A DNA stretch of 63,537 bases, filler included, from Chiloscyllium plagiosum (lineage: Eukaryota), in NCBI RefSeq assembly GCF_004010195.1. It is 3 parts of one record of this genome, joined end to end, with 100 filler letters (N's around TTAATTAATTAA, not from the genome) between each part and the next. Parts side by side here need not be neighbours in the genome. Positions count along the whole stretch, not along the records: positions 26,529 to 57,977 come from NC_057714.1; 2 more parts are not named here. One strand, given 5' to 3'. This document shows, in pieces, positions 39,406 through 51,542 of this stretch (position 1 is the first letter of the stretch; each line of letters opens with the position of its first letter). The notes under the pieces were generated by a model. It had not been told where the DNA came from and ran no database searches. It worked only from the letters and a program-made list of their open reading frames with translations. The position numbers were made by a program, and so were the translations under genes.

Positions 39406-40607
39406 AAAAAGAAATCTGTATTTGATTAACTCGTGAAATATTGCTGCATGTCTCTCTAGGCTTCAGGATGGATTGAAAATGCTTCATGTTTTAATACAAA
39501 ATTACTTCATGAAAGGGTAATAAACAATAGACAATAGGTGCAGGAGTAGGCCATTCTGCCCTTCGAGCCTGCACCACCTAAATAGAAAAGATTACAATTG
39601 CAATACTGAATTTTTTTTGGATTCATGAAAATTATTAATTTAGCAATTTTCTGGAGTTACCAATTTTTTCAGGATCAGCATTTTAAATTTCTTTTAAGGC
39701 CTTATCTGCATCCTAACTCTGATTTCTGCCAGATCCACATTCCCCACAAGAATTTCCATACATCTCAATTCTTGTTATTTCTCCTCCACCAGCAGTAAAA
39801 GCTGTTTCAGCTGTTATGTCACTGGCCTCTCAGATTCCTTTCTCTTGCATGACATCTCCAAACCCACGTTCAAAAGACCCAAAACCACACTCCATCTCCA
39901 GAAGGTCCAATCCAATCCAATCTACTCTCACTTTAAGCCAATTGATGGATAGTGTCACGATCATGGTTTAACACAGCACACTGTCAGCAATAACCTGCAA
40001 CATTAATGTGAAATTTGGATTCCACCAGAACCATTCTAACACCGAAAAGGAGCTGAATTCCAGACATGAAGCGAGACGCACTACCCTCAAAACCAGTGCA
40101 GCATTTGACTCAATATGGCACCAAGGAGTCTGAATAAAATCGAAGTCAATGTGAGTCAAGAAGCGCACACACTCTACACAAAGGTCCTTGTTTTGGGTTG
40201 ATTAAGGCTCATCATCTCAACCCTACATAGTCACTACATGAATTCTACACAGCAGTGTCCTTGGATTAGCCATCTTCAGTTATTCCATAACCTTTCCCCT
40301 TTTAGGAAAGTCATGCATGGGGCTTGTTACACGGTCTTCATTTCCATGACCAGTTTTTCAGTTAACAGAGCAGTCCACACCCATTTACAACAAGACCTGA
40401 ACAGGAATCACACACAAGCTGAAATAAAAAGTTCCATCTCTGCCTGATAATAGCTATGCCCAGCAAATGGGGCTAACCAAGAATTAAAAATGGTATTGAA
40501 AATGAATTAAAAATGCGAATGGTATGAGCATTGCTGAATCCAGTCATTAACATCCTGAGGATTGCCATTGACCAGAAACTGAATTAACCCAGCCAATTAA
40601 TCAAGCC

Positions 40608-43245
40608 AACAAAGGCAAGGCCACATTGGATCTGGTATTGGGTAATAAACCTGGCCAGGTGTTGGATTTGGGGGTAGGTGAGCACTTTGTTGACAGTGAC
40701 CACAATTCAGTAATGTTTACTTTAGCGACGGAAAGGGACTGGTACCTACTATAGGGCAAGGGGTTATTGCTGGGGGAAAAGGCAATTATGATGCGATGAT
40801 GCAAGATTTAGGATGCATACGATGTAGAAGGAAATTGCAAGGCATGGGCACAATTGAGGCGTGGAGCTTAATCAAGGAACAGCACTGCATGTTAGGCAGG
40901 GAGGAAGTGATCAAGCGAGGGGAGCCATGGTTTACTAAGGAAGTTGAATCTCTTGTCAAGAAGGAAACTTATGTTAAGATGAAACGTGAAGGGTCAGTTG
41001 GGGCACTTGCAAGTTACAAGTTAGCCAGGAAAGACCTAAAGAGAGTGTTAAGAGGAGCCAAAGGAGGGGGCATGAGAAGTCGTTGGCAGGGAGGATCAAG
41101 GAAAACCCTAAAGCATTCTATAAGTTTATCAGGAATAAAAGAATGACTAGAGAAAAATTAGGTCCAATCAAGGACAGTAGTAGGAAGTTTTGCGTGGAGT
41201 CAGAGGAGATAGGGGATGTGCTAAATTAATATTTTTCGTCACTACTCATATGAGAAAAAGACAATCTTGTCAAGGAAATACTGAGATACAGGCTACTAGA
41301 CGAGGCGGGATTGAGGTACACAAAGAGGAAGTGTTAGCAATTGTGGCAAGTGTGAAAATAGTTAAGGCCCCTGGGCCTGATGGAATTTATTCTAGGATTC
41401 TCTGGGAAGCCAGGGAGAAGATTGCCAAGGCTTTGATCTTAATGTCATCATTGTCCACAGGAATCGTGGAAGACTGGAGGATAGCAAATGTAGTTCCCTT
41501 GCTCAAGAAGGGGAGGAGAAACAACCCTGGCAATTATAGACCTGTGAACCTTACTTCAGTTGTGGGTAAAGTGTTGGAAAAGGTTATAAGGGATAGGATT
41601 TATAATCATCTAGAGGATTCAGTTGTTTAGGGAAAGTCAACATGGTTTCGTGAAGGGTAAGTCATGCCTCACAAACTTCATTGAGTTCTTCAAGAAAGCG
41701 ACCAAACAGGTGGATGAGGGTAAAGCAGCTGATGTGGTACATATGGATCACAGTAAGGCATTTGATAAGGTTCCCCACAGTAGGCTATGACACAAAATAT
41801 GGAGGCATGGGATTAAGGGCGATTTAGTGTTTTGGATCAGAAATTGGCTAGCTGAAAGACGACAAAGGGTGGTGGTTGATGGGAAACGTTCATCCTGGAA
41901 TTCAATTACTAGTGGTGTACCGCAGGGATCTGTTTCGGAGCCAGTAAATGACTTGGATGAGGGTGCAGAAGGAGCAAGTTACAGAGGGACATACATGGGC
42001 TACAGAGCTGGGCTACAAGGTCACAAACAGAGTTTAATGCGGTAAAAGTGTGAGGTGATTCCCTCTGACAGGAATAGAGAGTACTGGGCTACTGGTAAGA
42101 TTCTTGGTAGTGGAGATGAGCAGAGATCTTAGTTTTAATCCCTGAAAGTTGCCACCCAGGGTTGATAGGATTGTTAAGAAGGCATACAGTGTGTAAGCTT
42201 TTATTGGGTTGAGGAATTGAGTTTCGGAGACACGAGGTCATGCTGCAGCTGTACAAAACTCTGATGCCTCTTCTGGAATACTGCGTCCAGTTCTAGTCAC
42301 CCATTTATAGGAAGGATATTATTAAGCTGAAGAGAGTTGAGAAGAAATTTACCAGGATGTTGGCAGGTATGGAAGGTTCAGGTTCTAAAGACAGACTGGG
42401 ATTTCTTTTTCCACTGGACATACGGGTTGAGTATTGTGTACAATCTGGTCACCGCATTATAGGAAGGATGTGGAAACTTTGGAAAGGGTGTAGAGGAGAT
42501 TTACTTGGAGGTTGCCTGGTAAGGAGTGAAGGTCTTATAAGGAAAGGCTGAGGGACTTGAGGCTGTTTATGTTCGAGAAGAAGGTGGAGAGGTGACTTGA
42601 GACATAAACTAATCAGAGGATTAGATAGGGTGGACAGTGAGAGCCTTTTTCCTCGGATGGTGATGGTCAGCAAGAGGGTACATAGCTTTAAAGTGAGGGG
42701 TGATAGATATAGGACAGATGTCAGACGTAGTTTTTTTTACTCAGTAGTAGGGGCATGGAATGCACTGCCTGCAACAGTCACAGACTCACCAACGTTAAGG
42801 GCATTTAAATGGTCATTGGATAAACATATGGGCGGCACTGCTGCCTCACAGCGCCAGAGACCCGTGTTCAATTTCTGCCTCAGGCAACTGTCTGTGTGGA
42901 GTTTGCACGTTCTCCCAGTGTCTGCGTGGTTTCCTTCTGGTGCGCCGGTTTCCTCCCATAGTCCAAAAATGTGCAGGTTAGGTGAATTGGCCATGCTAAA
43001 TTGCCCGTAGTGTTAGGTGAAGGGGTAAATGTAGGGGAATGGGGCTGGACGGGTTGCTCTTCGGAGGGTCGGTGTGGACTTGTTGGGCCAAAGGGCCTGT
43101 TTCCACACTAAGTAATCTAATCTAACCTAATCTGGATGAAAATGGAATCTTGTAGGATAGATAGGCTTCAGATTGGTTTCAGAAGTCAGTGCAACATCAA
43201 GGACTGAAGGGTCTGTACTGCACTGTAATGTTCTATGTTCTATAT
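40608..43245 (+). mobile_element. Long decayed CR1 ORF2 (APE end, RT, C-terminus, 3'UTR) with nested insertions
   Basis: KAPGPDGIYSRIL, EDWRIANVVPLLKKG..NPGNYRPVNLTSVVGKVLE, WIRNWLAERRQRVVV and SGVPQGSV; many frameshifts; (TGTTCTA)n tail. Confidence 0.92.
42830..43132 (+). mobile_element. V-SINE (HE1-like) nested in the CR1 3' region
   Basis: V-domain tgtgtggagtttgcacgttctcc and (AATCT)n tail; the CR1 sequence resumes afterwards. Confidence 0.88.
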
Positions 43246-43863
43246 AAACAAAGGGGCAACAAAAGCAGATGAAGGGACTGGAAATTCTTAACTAATTAAC
43301 TCACGATACCCGAGCAACAAGGCACAAGTCAGCTGTGAGGTGAAATGCTTTCCATTGCCTGGTTGCAAACAGTTGTAACAACACTCATGAAGCTTAAAAC
43401 CATCCAGGTCAAAGCAATCCTCTGAACTTACATCGAAAATTTTCAGTCTGCACACAAGTAAAACAGTACGGTCCACAGAGGGAGGCAGGGGGAGGGAGCA
43501 AGAGCTCAAGCTCGAGAGTTTGGCAGAAAGAGCTAGAGAGGGAAAATGGAGGGTGGGGGTGAGGGCAAGGGAGAGAAAAAAAACTTTGACCTGAATACTA
43601 GATTCTGCTTTTCTTTGAATTCAAAAATAAAATATTTTACAGTCACTTGAAGAACAGACATGCCCTCAACTTCATCATTTGACAGACAGCACATCAGATA
43701 ATGGAGTGTTTTTTTTTACACTATTGTACTTGAAATCAAATTATATTCTCAAATCCCAGAGTGAAGCTTGAGCCCATAACAAACTCATTTGGACATGAAT
43801 GCTACCAATTGAGTTAAGGCAATCTTACAGAGATAGCTAATCAAACTAAAAAGTAATCAGACA

Positions 43864-43864
<1 letters not shown>

Positions 43865-43911
<47 letters not shown>
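43865..43911. repeat. (AC)n microsatellite
   Basis: About 23 perfect AC units. Confidence 0.97.
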
Positions 43912-43914
<3 letters not shown>

Positions 43915-44584
43915 AGATATAGCATAGTGGAGCATTTTTGAGAATGCCAGTTGAAGATACACCTGCTGCATTGTAGTCATGTTAGAAATCTTACATAACC
44001 AAAGCTGCACAGAATGTCGCTATGAAAAATACCAGTGTGTCACTTGTAGGAATTCTGGAACTGCCTCAGCAGCAACCAAATTTTTTTTTAAAACCATTTC
44101 TCCCAAGTATGGGCAAGAATCTGCAAATGCATTTTTTAAAACTAACCCATTTGACATCTTGAACATTCAACCCTGAATGACACTTTGTTGCATGAATCCT
44201 ACAATTCATAGGAAATGAAGAGTAGTTGATTTTAAGAATGTTTACTCTGCGATAGCAAAATAGTAGATTCAGTCGCTAATTAGTGATATTCAATATAGAG
44301 ATGCTACTCAAATTATGCAAGATGTTCACTTCCAACTCTGAAAATGAGGTAATAGATTTTGGTGCAACAGGCAAAAGGAAGGTCTTGGGTAGTACTGCAG
44401 AACAGAAGGACGAAGGGGTGCAGGTACATAATTCTTTGAAGGCTGCATCACATATAGACAGGGTGGCAGAGTGGTTTGACAAGGCGCTTGGCACACTTGC
44501 CTTCATTATTCAATTCTTCAAGTACAAGAGTTGGGACATCATGTTGGAGGTTGTACAGGACATTGGAGAGGCCTCTTCTGGAAT

Positions 44585-44870
44585 TTCCTGTGGTGGCTTC
44601 ATTTCCTATTCTTTTTCTCAGGGGGTGGTAAATGGGGTCCAAATACGTGTTTGTTGATAGAGTTCTGGTTGGAATGCCATGCTTCTAGCAATTCTTGTGC
44701 GTGTCTCTGTTTGGCTCGTCTTAGGATGGATATGTTGACCCAATCAAAATGGTGTCCTTCCTTATCTGTATGTAAGATTACTAGTGAGAGAAAGTCATGT
44801 CATCTTGAGGCTAGTTGATGTTCATGTATCCTGGTGGTTACTTTTCTGCCACTTTGTCCAATGTAGTGCA
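44585..44870 (-). mobile_element. PLE GIY-YIG C-terminal fragment (same family as 51460-54620)
   Basis: The minus strand encodes HYIGQSGRKVTTRIHEHQLASR and aligns by eye with 51600-51840 and 53566-53640. Confidence 0.8.
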
Positions 44871-45034
44871 GAGATAGCAAAGGGAATTAACATTATGAAC
44901 TCAGCGGAAAGTTTGAGAGAATAATTTAAGTGATCCTGACTTAGATAAAAATGCTTTTTAAAGTCGTTAACGTTTTCAGGACTCCAAGAATAGTGAGGGC
45001 TAGATTTCCAGTGCTCAACCCCAGTGAGATATAA

Positions 45035-45255
45035 AATCTTCTGGGAGAAAGTGAGGACTGCAGATGCTGGAAATCAGAGCTGAAAATGTGTTGCTGGAAA
45101 AGCGCAGCAGGTCAGGCAGCATCAAAGGAACAGGAGAATCAAAGTTTCGGGCATGAGCCCTTCTTCCTGAAGAAGGGCTTATGCCTGAAACGTCGATTCT
45201 CCTGCTCCTTGGATGCTGCCTGACCTGCTGCGCTTTTCCAGCAACACATTTTCAG
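45035..45255. mobile_element. Compact palindromic PLE-end element with 15-bp TSD
   Basis: About 45078-45165 pairs with about 45166-45256 almost perfectly; TSD cccagtgagatataa at 45020-45034 and 45256-45270. Confidence 0.88.
45163..45198 (+). ncRNA. Minimal type I hammerhead ribozyme-like motif
   Basis: cuuc-CUGAAGA-AGGgcuuaugCCU-GAAAC-GUC-gauu: both catalytic-core strands are intact, with a short stem II and a GUC triplet directly after GAAAC. Confidence 0.6.
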
Positions 45256-46723
45256 CCCAGTGAGATATAACATGATAAACAATTTGGAAATGCACATTCC
45301 AAAGTGGACAGAGCGAAGTATGGCTTCATGTTTGATTTGATTTGACTTGATTTGATCAGATCAGATCAGATCAATAAGGAAAACAGTCAGTGAGAGAGAC
45401 AGACTTTCAGTGAGACAATAACCAAGTGACTTTATCTGGGCATTTGATTCAAAATAGGAATTTGATGCAAAGAGGGCAATGCACCAGGACTAGGGAATAT
45501 GGGATGTGTACCAGTGGCACAATTCACACCTGAGACAGGGGATTCTCACGAACATCAGGTCATCAAATCTGTACAATTCTTTAAGATGAAGACCTGTTCA
45601 GGATATTAGTATATTCAAGGCTGAAATAGACAGATTTTTAATTAATAAGGTAATAGAGTTACAGGGATAAGGCAGGGAATTGGAAATTTCAACACATGTA
45701 AGACTGCTGTTAAGGGTAAAAAGGTTGATTCCATTTCTAATACTTGTAATAATAATTTCAACTAGTCATTGAGTAATGTAAATTAGTCTTTTCTGTATGT
45801 GATAAAGTTTGTTGTTCTTTCATAAAAGTACACTGGCAGCCCTTTGAGAATAATTCAGTTATTGACTTCCTCCACCAGGGTAAGCAAATAGCAAAAATAT
45901 GTCTCTTAGGCCAGGTTTCACTTGATCAAGTCAAATCAAGTCAAGTCAACAATTGCAACCCAATATTATACACAAACTGAAGATATTTTTCACATTTGGC
46001 AGAGTGATACTCTATTCAAGACAACAACACTTGGATTAAACTGACTTGTTATCCAAATACTCATAGCCAATGGAGGAGGATGTTAGTGCTTCCCTATCTC
46101 CACCATGCATATTGTAAGCACAGAAAACCTTCTGGCCACATAGCAGAAACCACCCTCATATGAACACTGTTATAGCAATGGAAGCAGTGCTCACATGGCA
46201 GCCTTGTGGACAACTAGTCAACGAGTAGATCCTTCCTGGTCAGCCATGCTTGATGCAGAATGGCATCCAATCAACTTCCAGTTAGCAATCTCTTCCAGAG
46301 AAAAGCAAGCTATGTAGTACAGATGCAAGCACTTTGTCTGTCTTCAGATTAAATTGGAAATTGTTGAAACAATGCACATTTTCAATCTCCAAATCTTGTT
46401 TGAAAGTCAGTGTGATTAGTTTGCTTGTTTTATGAAAAACCTTAAATTTGTCTGCTAATCTGACAATGCCCTGACAGACTAACTTTGACACACTAGGAAT
46501 ATGAGATGGGCTAGGTCTAATCTATTTAGACAATTCTACCTGCTATAGATGTGAAGAAAATTTTCTACATTTTGATTGTGGACTGAAATGGATAAAGGAC
46601 CATTTTTAAAATCAGGGATTATGGAATCCTATTGAGAGATTAATGTGCATTACGGTTTGACCCCAGAGTTAACTTTAGTATAATTTACAAATAAATCTAA
46701 CCTTCCAAGATGATCTGCTTTAC

Positions 46724-46911
46724 CTGATTTTTGGAACCATCATTCTGTGCTGTACCATCAGGGTATGACAAATAGACGCCATCATTGTGAAAACATCTTC
46801 ACTCACAGATTCCTTCCATACCAGATTGAGCAGGGCATTAGTCTGCTGTTTAGTGTCCAACTTCTTGAGACATTCTGCAGTAATTAAACTTATTGAAATT
46901 CTACCATCGTC
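46724..46911 (-). CDS. UBE3C: UBE3C internal coding exon (188 nt)
   Basis: Acceptor ctgtttcaag/ and donor /gtaaag. Encodes DDGRISISLITAECLKKLDTKQQTNALLNLVWKESVSEDVFTMMASICHTLMVQHRMMVPKI(R), near-identical to the recalled UBE3C segment ECLKKLDTKQQTNTLLNLVW...CHTLMVQHRMMVPKVR. Phase 0 in, phase 2 out. Confidence 0.96.
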
Positions 46912-47829
46912 CTTGAAACAGAACCAAATAAGAAATATCAGCACATATTTTATAAAAGGAACAAATTATTTTATTTCCACATTAAAACATCATACCCTGA
47001 ACATTCTAAATTTTGTTTAAAAACAAATCGCTAAATTTGAAGAAAACTCATAATTAATTGCATTTATTTTCAATGTGCCAGTGTTTCACATTTTGGTCAT
47101 GATAAAGCAGTTGGTAAAATGTCGAACAATGGGGGGGGAAAAAGTTTAAGGGTGATAAACAGAAAATCAACAGTACGAGATTTTTTTTTAAAAAACCGCA
47201 AATCAGACGGGAAAAAGTTCTCAGAATTGAGAACTAGAGAATTCTTCTCGTGAGATAAGTAGTAAAATCAATGTCAAATGAATTTGCTATGATGTTTTTG
47301 ATTAAAAAGCACAAATTGTGCTTCAGGTTTGGTGACAGTGAATCACAGAATTGAATCCAATACAGTTGAATTACTGAGCCAGAGCGTTGTAGGATAAAAA
47401 AAAGATCTTTTTGCCCTTTATGTCGATACCAGTGGACCTCCTCCAGATGAACCATTTGGTTTTATCATACATTGCCATTTTTTCCCAGTAGCCCTCAGTG
47501 TGCATGTTTTTGAAGAAACAAGCTTCTTAAAAATAATTTACTATTTCAAACCTCATTATACCACATACTTAAGCAGCTTAATTCCATTTTACAAATAGCT
47601 CTCCTATGCATCTACAGAGAGTAAATAAACAGTAGCAAGGACCTGGTGCAATCCTTTGCGTCTGCTCAATTAGTAGACTTCAAGTGCTGTTCAAATGTTG
47701 CAGAAGACTTGGCCACAACTGGTTTAATAGGTATAATGTCTGATTATTATGCAACAATCTTCACTATAAAGCAAGGTCATGTAGATATTAGGCAAGCATT
47801 GGATCAGGCTCAGCGAGAACTTATACAGT

Positions 47830-48810
47830 AATTAGAGTCATAGAGTCAGAGATGTACAGCATGGAAACAGACCCTTCGGACCAACCCATCCATGCCGACC
47901 AGATATCCCAACCCAATCTAGTCCCACCTGGCAGCACCCGGCCCATATCCCTCCAAACCCTTCCTATTCATATACCCATCCAAATGCCTCTTAAATGTTG
48001 CAATTGGACCAGCCTCCACCACTTCCTCTGGAAGCTCATTCCATACACGTACACCCTCTGGATGAAAATGTTGCCCCTGAGGTCTCTTTTATATCTTTCC
48101 CCTCTCACCCTAAACCTATCCCCTCTAGTTCTGGACTCCCCCACCCCAGGGAAAAGATTTTGTCTATTTATCCTATCCATGCCCCTCACAATTTTGTAAA
48201 CTTCTACAAGATCACCTCTCAGCCTCCGACGCTCCAGGGAAAACAGCCCCAGCCTGTTCAGCCTCTCCCTGTAGCTCAGATCTTCCAACCCTGGCAACAT
48301 CCTTTTAAATTGTTTCTGAACCCTTTCAAGTTTCACAACATCTTTCCGATAAGAAGGAGACCAGAATTGCACGCAATATTCCAACAGTGGCCTAACCAAT
48401 GTCCTGTACAGTCACAACATGACCTCCCAACTTCTGTACTCAATACTCTGACCAAGAAAGGAAAGCATACCAAACGCCTCCTCCAATTTTGGTGTCATCT
48501 GCAAACTTACTAACTGTACCTCTTATGCTCGCATCCAAATCATTTATGTAAATGACAAAACATAGAGGACCCAGCACCGATCCTTGTGGTCACAGGCATC
48601 CAGTCTAAAAAACAACCCTCCACCACCACCCTCTGTCTTCTACCTTTGAGCCAGTTCTGTATCCAAATGGATAGTTCTCCCTGTATTCCGTGAGATCTAA
48701 CCTTGCAAACCAGTCCCTCATGGGGAACCTTGTCGAATGCCTTACTGAAGTCCATATAGATCACATCTTCTGCTCTGCCCTCATCAATATTTTTTGTTAC
48801 TTCTTCAATT
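47830..48810 (-). mobile_element. CR1 LINE RT/C-terminal fragments and 3' end (within a UBE3C intron)
   Basis: IYMDFSKAFDKVPH..WIQNWLKGRRQRVVV and VRPLLEYCVQFWSPSYRKDVVKLERVQK; tandem-repeat tail. Confidence 0.93.
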
Positions 48811-48860
48811 GATTAGCACCACAATACATATGTATCACAACAATTCTGGATTTGTCTTAC

Positions 48861-49015
48861 GTTATTGGTTATCATTTTACGCTCCTCCTCCTCTTCATTT
48901 TCAGAGTCACTGCCAATTTCTCTGCTATTTGAACCAGTCAATGAAACAGGTAACTGTGGTAAAAGAATCTGCACCATCCTTAAGTACACAAGCATTCCAT
49001 CCTCAGACAGAATCC
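48861..49015 (-). CDS. UBE3C: UBE3C internal coding exon (155 nt)
   Basis: Acceptor aaaattag/ and donor /gtaaga. Encodes (G)ILSEDGMLVYLRMVQILLPQLPVSLTGSNSREIGSDSENEEEEERKMITNN, matching recalled human GALSEEGLLVYLRVLQTFLSQLPVS...SDSEEE. Phase 1 in, phase 0 out, consistent with both neighbours. Confidence 0.93.
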
Positions 49016-49535
49016 CTAATTTTAAGATGAAAAGATACAACAAAGGTTACTGCCACTTATTGACACAAAGAATAAAGAAATAGCAGTGCTCCATAAAAAT
49101 AAGGAGGAAGATGGCAAGGTGACAAACTTATACTTAAACAGTTCATGCAAAAAATGTCTTATGCTCAAGAGCAACTTGGCTGTTCGACCCAACCAGTTAA
49201 TGAAAATCGATCATCACATGCTTTAGTCATCAAACACAAGTTTTCAGCCATGTGAAAGTACACAAACAGAAAAGGAAGCAGCATGAATGTCACGTGGATA
49301 ATGGACTGGTCCCAATTCAATGCTTCCAAGTATGTAAAGAACAAAATTAAAGTTTTAAAAACTTGTTTAAAGTATTGCATTCCAAGAGAACATAGATCTC
49401 AAAGCCAGTCAATGGGATATATCGCAATTGAAACTTTAAAAAAACATTACTAGGTCACTCAAGGCAAGCACAGCATAAAATGATTGCAACATGCTTCTTC
49501 AATATACTATACAAGCTGAAGGAAAAATATCATAC

Positions 49536-49765
49536 CTATTTGCGATTCTCCAACAGCAAGAACAAAGTACAGAAGCCAAGGTGCCATATCCCTGGTAAAA
49601 GTGAGTCCTACTGACGAGGTCATGTTTGGTATTAACAGTGCACTCAAAAAAGACACATACGGAAAGGAAGCTCTTGCAGACAGTGCTGGAACAAGGAAGT
49701 TGTAGATCTGGTCTGTGAAGGGTGCAGTGAAAAACTCTTTTGCCAACGCAGCAAAAACCTGATGC
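49536..49765 (-). CDS. UBE3C: UBE3C internal coding exon (230 nt; probably equivalent to human exon 8)
   Basis: Acceptor tttgtgcag/ and donor /gtatga. Encodes (R)HQVFAALAKEFFTAPFTDQIYNFLVPALSARASFPYVSFLSALL...APWLLYFVLAVGESQI(G), matching recalled human UBE3C QQVFTAFTEEFLAAPFTDQIFHF...APWLFYFVLTVGENYLG. Phase 2 in, phase 1 out. Confidence 0.93.
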
Positions 49766-50059
49766 CTGCACAAATAAATGCATTCAAATTTCAGGAACTA
49801 CAGCAAAATTAAGTTCAGCTGGTAATAGAAACACTACCTGATGGCAAACAAAGATGACAAATTCTACAAGATCCCCCCCTTTTAAAAACTGCAATGGTGC
49901 AACTCTTAGATTTTTATCCTCCTGACATAGTTCAGTGAAGAAACTCAATTTGTACCTAAAAATGAACTAATCTACAGAGGCTGCTGGCCCATATTGAGAT
50001 AACAGACCTTCATCCATCCAAGTAATAAACTGGAGAAATTTCTGCTTAATCTAGATAGA

Positions 50060-50340
50060 AGTCATGCTGACACCATTGGTGTACTCCTCTTGTGCAATAT
50101 GGGAAATAAGGGACACTTCCAGTCATCAATGACGACTACATGTGCAGCTACTGGTCTACCGCTTTTCAGAGCTGGAGCTATGGGTCGACTCACTGTTGAG
50201 CATCCGTGATGCTGAGAATGTTGTGGATAACATGTTTAGCGAGGTGGTCACACTACAGTTAAGGATTATACAGACAGAAAGGGGATGGCTGACCATCACA
50301 CGAAGTAAAACATTCAGGAAGGAAGTGCAGGAGTGGCAGC
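50060..50340 (+). mobile_element. Decayed CR1 ORF1 fragment
   Basis: QLLVYRFSELELWVDSLLSIRDAENVVDNMFSEVVT resembles the ORF1 leucine zipper at 26529-26880. Confidence 0.65.
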
Positions 50341-50384
50341 AGTGACTAGTAGGGTACCACAGGCATCAGCGCTTGGACCCAAGC

Positions 50385-50690
50385 TTATCATGATAGATTA
50401 GAATCGTTACAGTGGGTAAAGAAGCTATTCTGCCCGTTGAGTCTGCACCAACCCTCCAAAAAGCATCCCAGACAGATCCATCCCTGCCACTCCATCTCCA
50501 TAATCCTGTATCTACCATGGCCAATCCATCTAACCTGCACATCTTCAGAAAGTGGGAGGAAACCGGAGCATCCAGAGGAAACCCACACTGACACAGGGAG
50601 AACATGCAAACTCTGCAAGTTGCCCAAGGCTGGAATCAAACCCATGTCGCTGGTGCTGTGAGACAGTAATGTTAACCACTGAGCTACTGT
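50385..50690 (-). mobile_element. V-SINE (HE1-like)
   Basis: Reverse complement of the V-domain and tRNA-like head. Confidence 0.87.
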
Positions 50691-51500
50691 GATTCCCTGT
50701 TAATGGTTTAGATGAGGGAATGAAATGTAATATCTCCAAGTTTGGATTCAATACAATCCAGGGTAGGATGAACTTTGAGAAGGATACACAGATATTTGAG
50801 AGATTTGGACAAGTTTACTGAGCGGGCAAATGCATAATAGGTGCCGTACCTGGATAAATGGGCGTAGCCATAACAGGAAAGCAGACTGGTGACAAATTTG
50901 GAAAAGGGAGGTACAACCAGACCTGGCTGCCCTTGTACACTAGTAGCTTAAAAGTAAGCATGCAGTGCAGCAGGCATTGAAGTCAAGTGCTATGTTATCA
51001 GCGAGCTGGCAGTAAACAGTAGGAATAAATGCGTTTTTTTCTAGTTGGCAAGATGCAACAAGTGGTGTTCATCAGCGATTAATGCAAGGTCTTAAATTTA
51101 GCAATCATATCTTTAGTCATTCCATCCACTTCATGTATATATGAAAAAGTGAGAAGTCTCTCAAGAATCTTGTGTTTCAATAAAGTAGTCTCTTATTCAT
51201 CAAAACACAAACGTGCACAGGCTCAAACTTTTCAACACCTCAACATAAGGCCTCCTCCAAACCTGCTGTCAGCCCAGTATACCCCATAGCCCCTCCAATG
51301 CCAGGCTATCTTTTCTTTGATACGAGACCCACAGGTTTTTTCAGCTGTGGTCTGATTTGTGCATTGTACAATTTTACCAAGACATCCCTGTGTTTATATT
51401 TCAATCCAGTTGAAATACAGTCCATTTGCCTTCCCAATTACCCACTGAACTCAATGCTACCTATGGATGTAGGTTTGCTTGCTAGGCTGGAAGGTTCGTT

Positions 51501-51542
51501 TTCAGACGTTTCGTCACCATACTAGGCAACATCTTCATTTAG
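51501..51542 (-). ncRNA. Hammerhead-like motif in the PLE 3' terminal repeat (core C mutated to A)
   Basis: The minus strand reads cuaa-AUGAAGA-U-GUUGCC-uaguau-GGUGAC-GAAAC-GUC-ugaa, with a 6-bp stem II. Confidence 0.55.
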
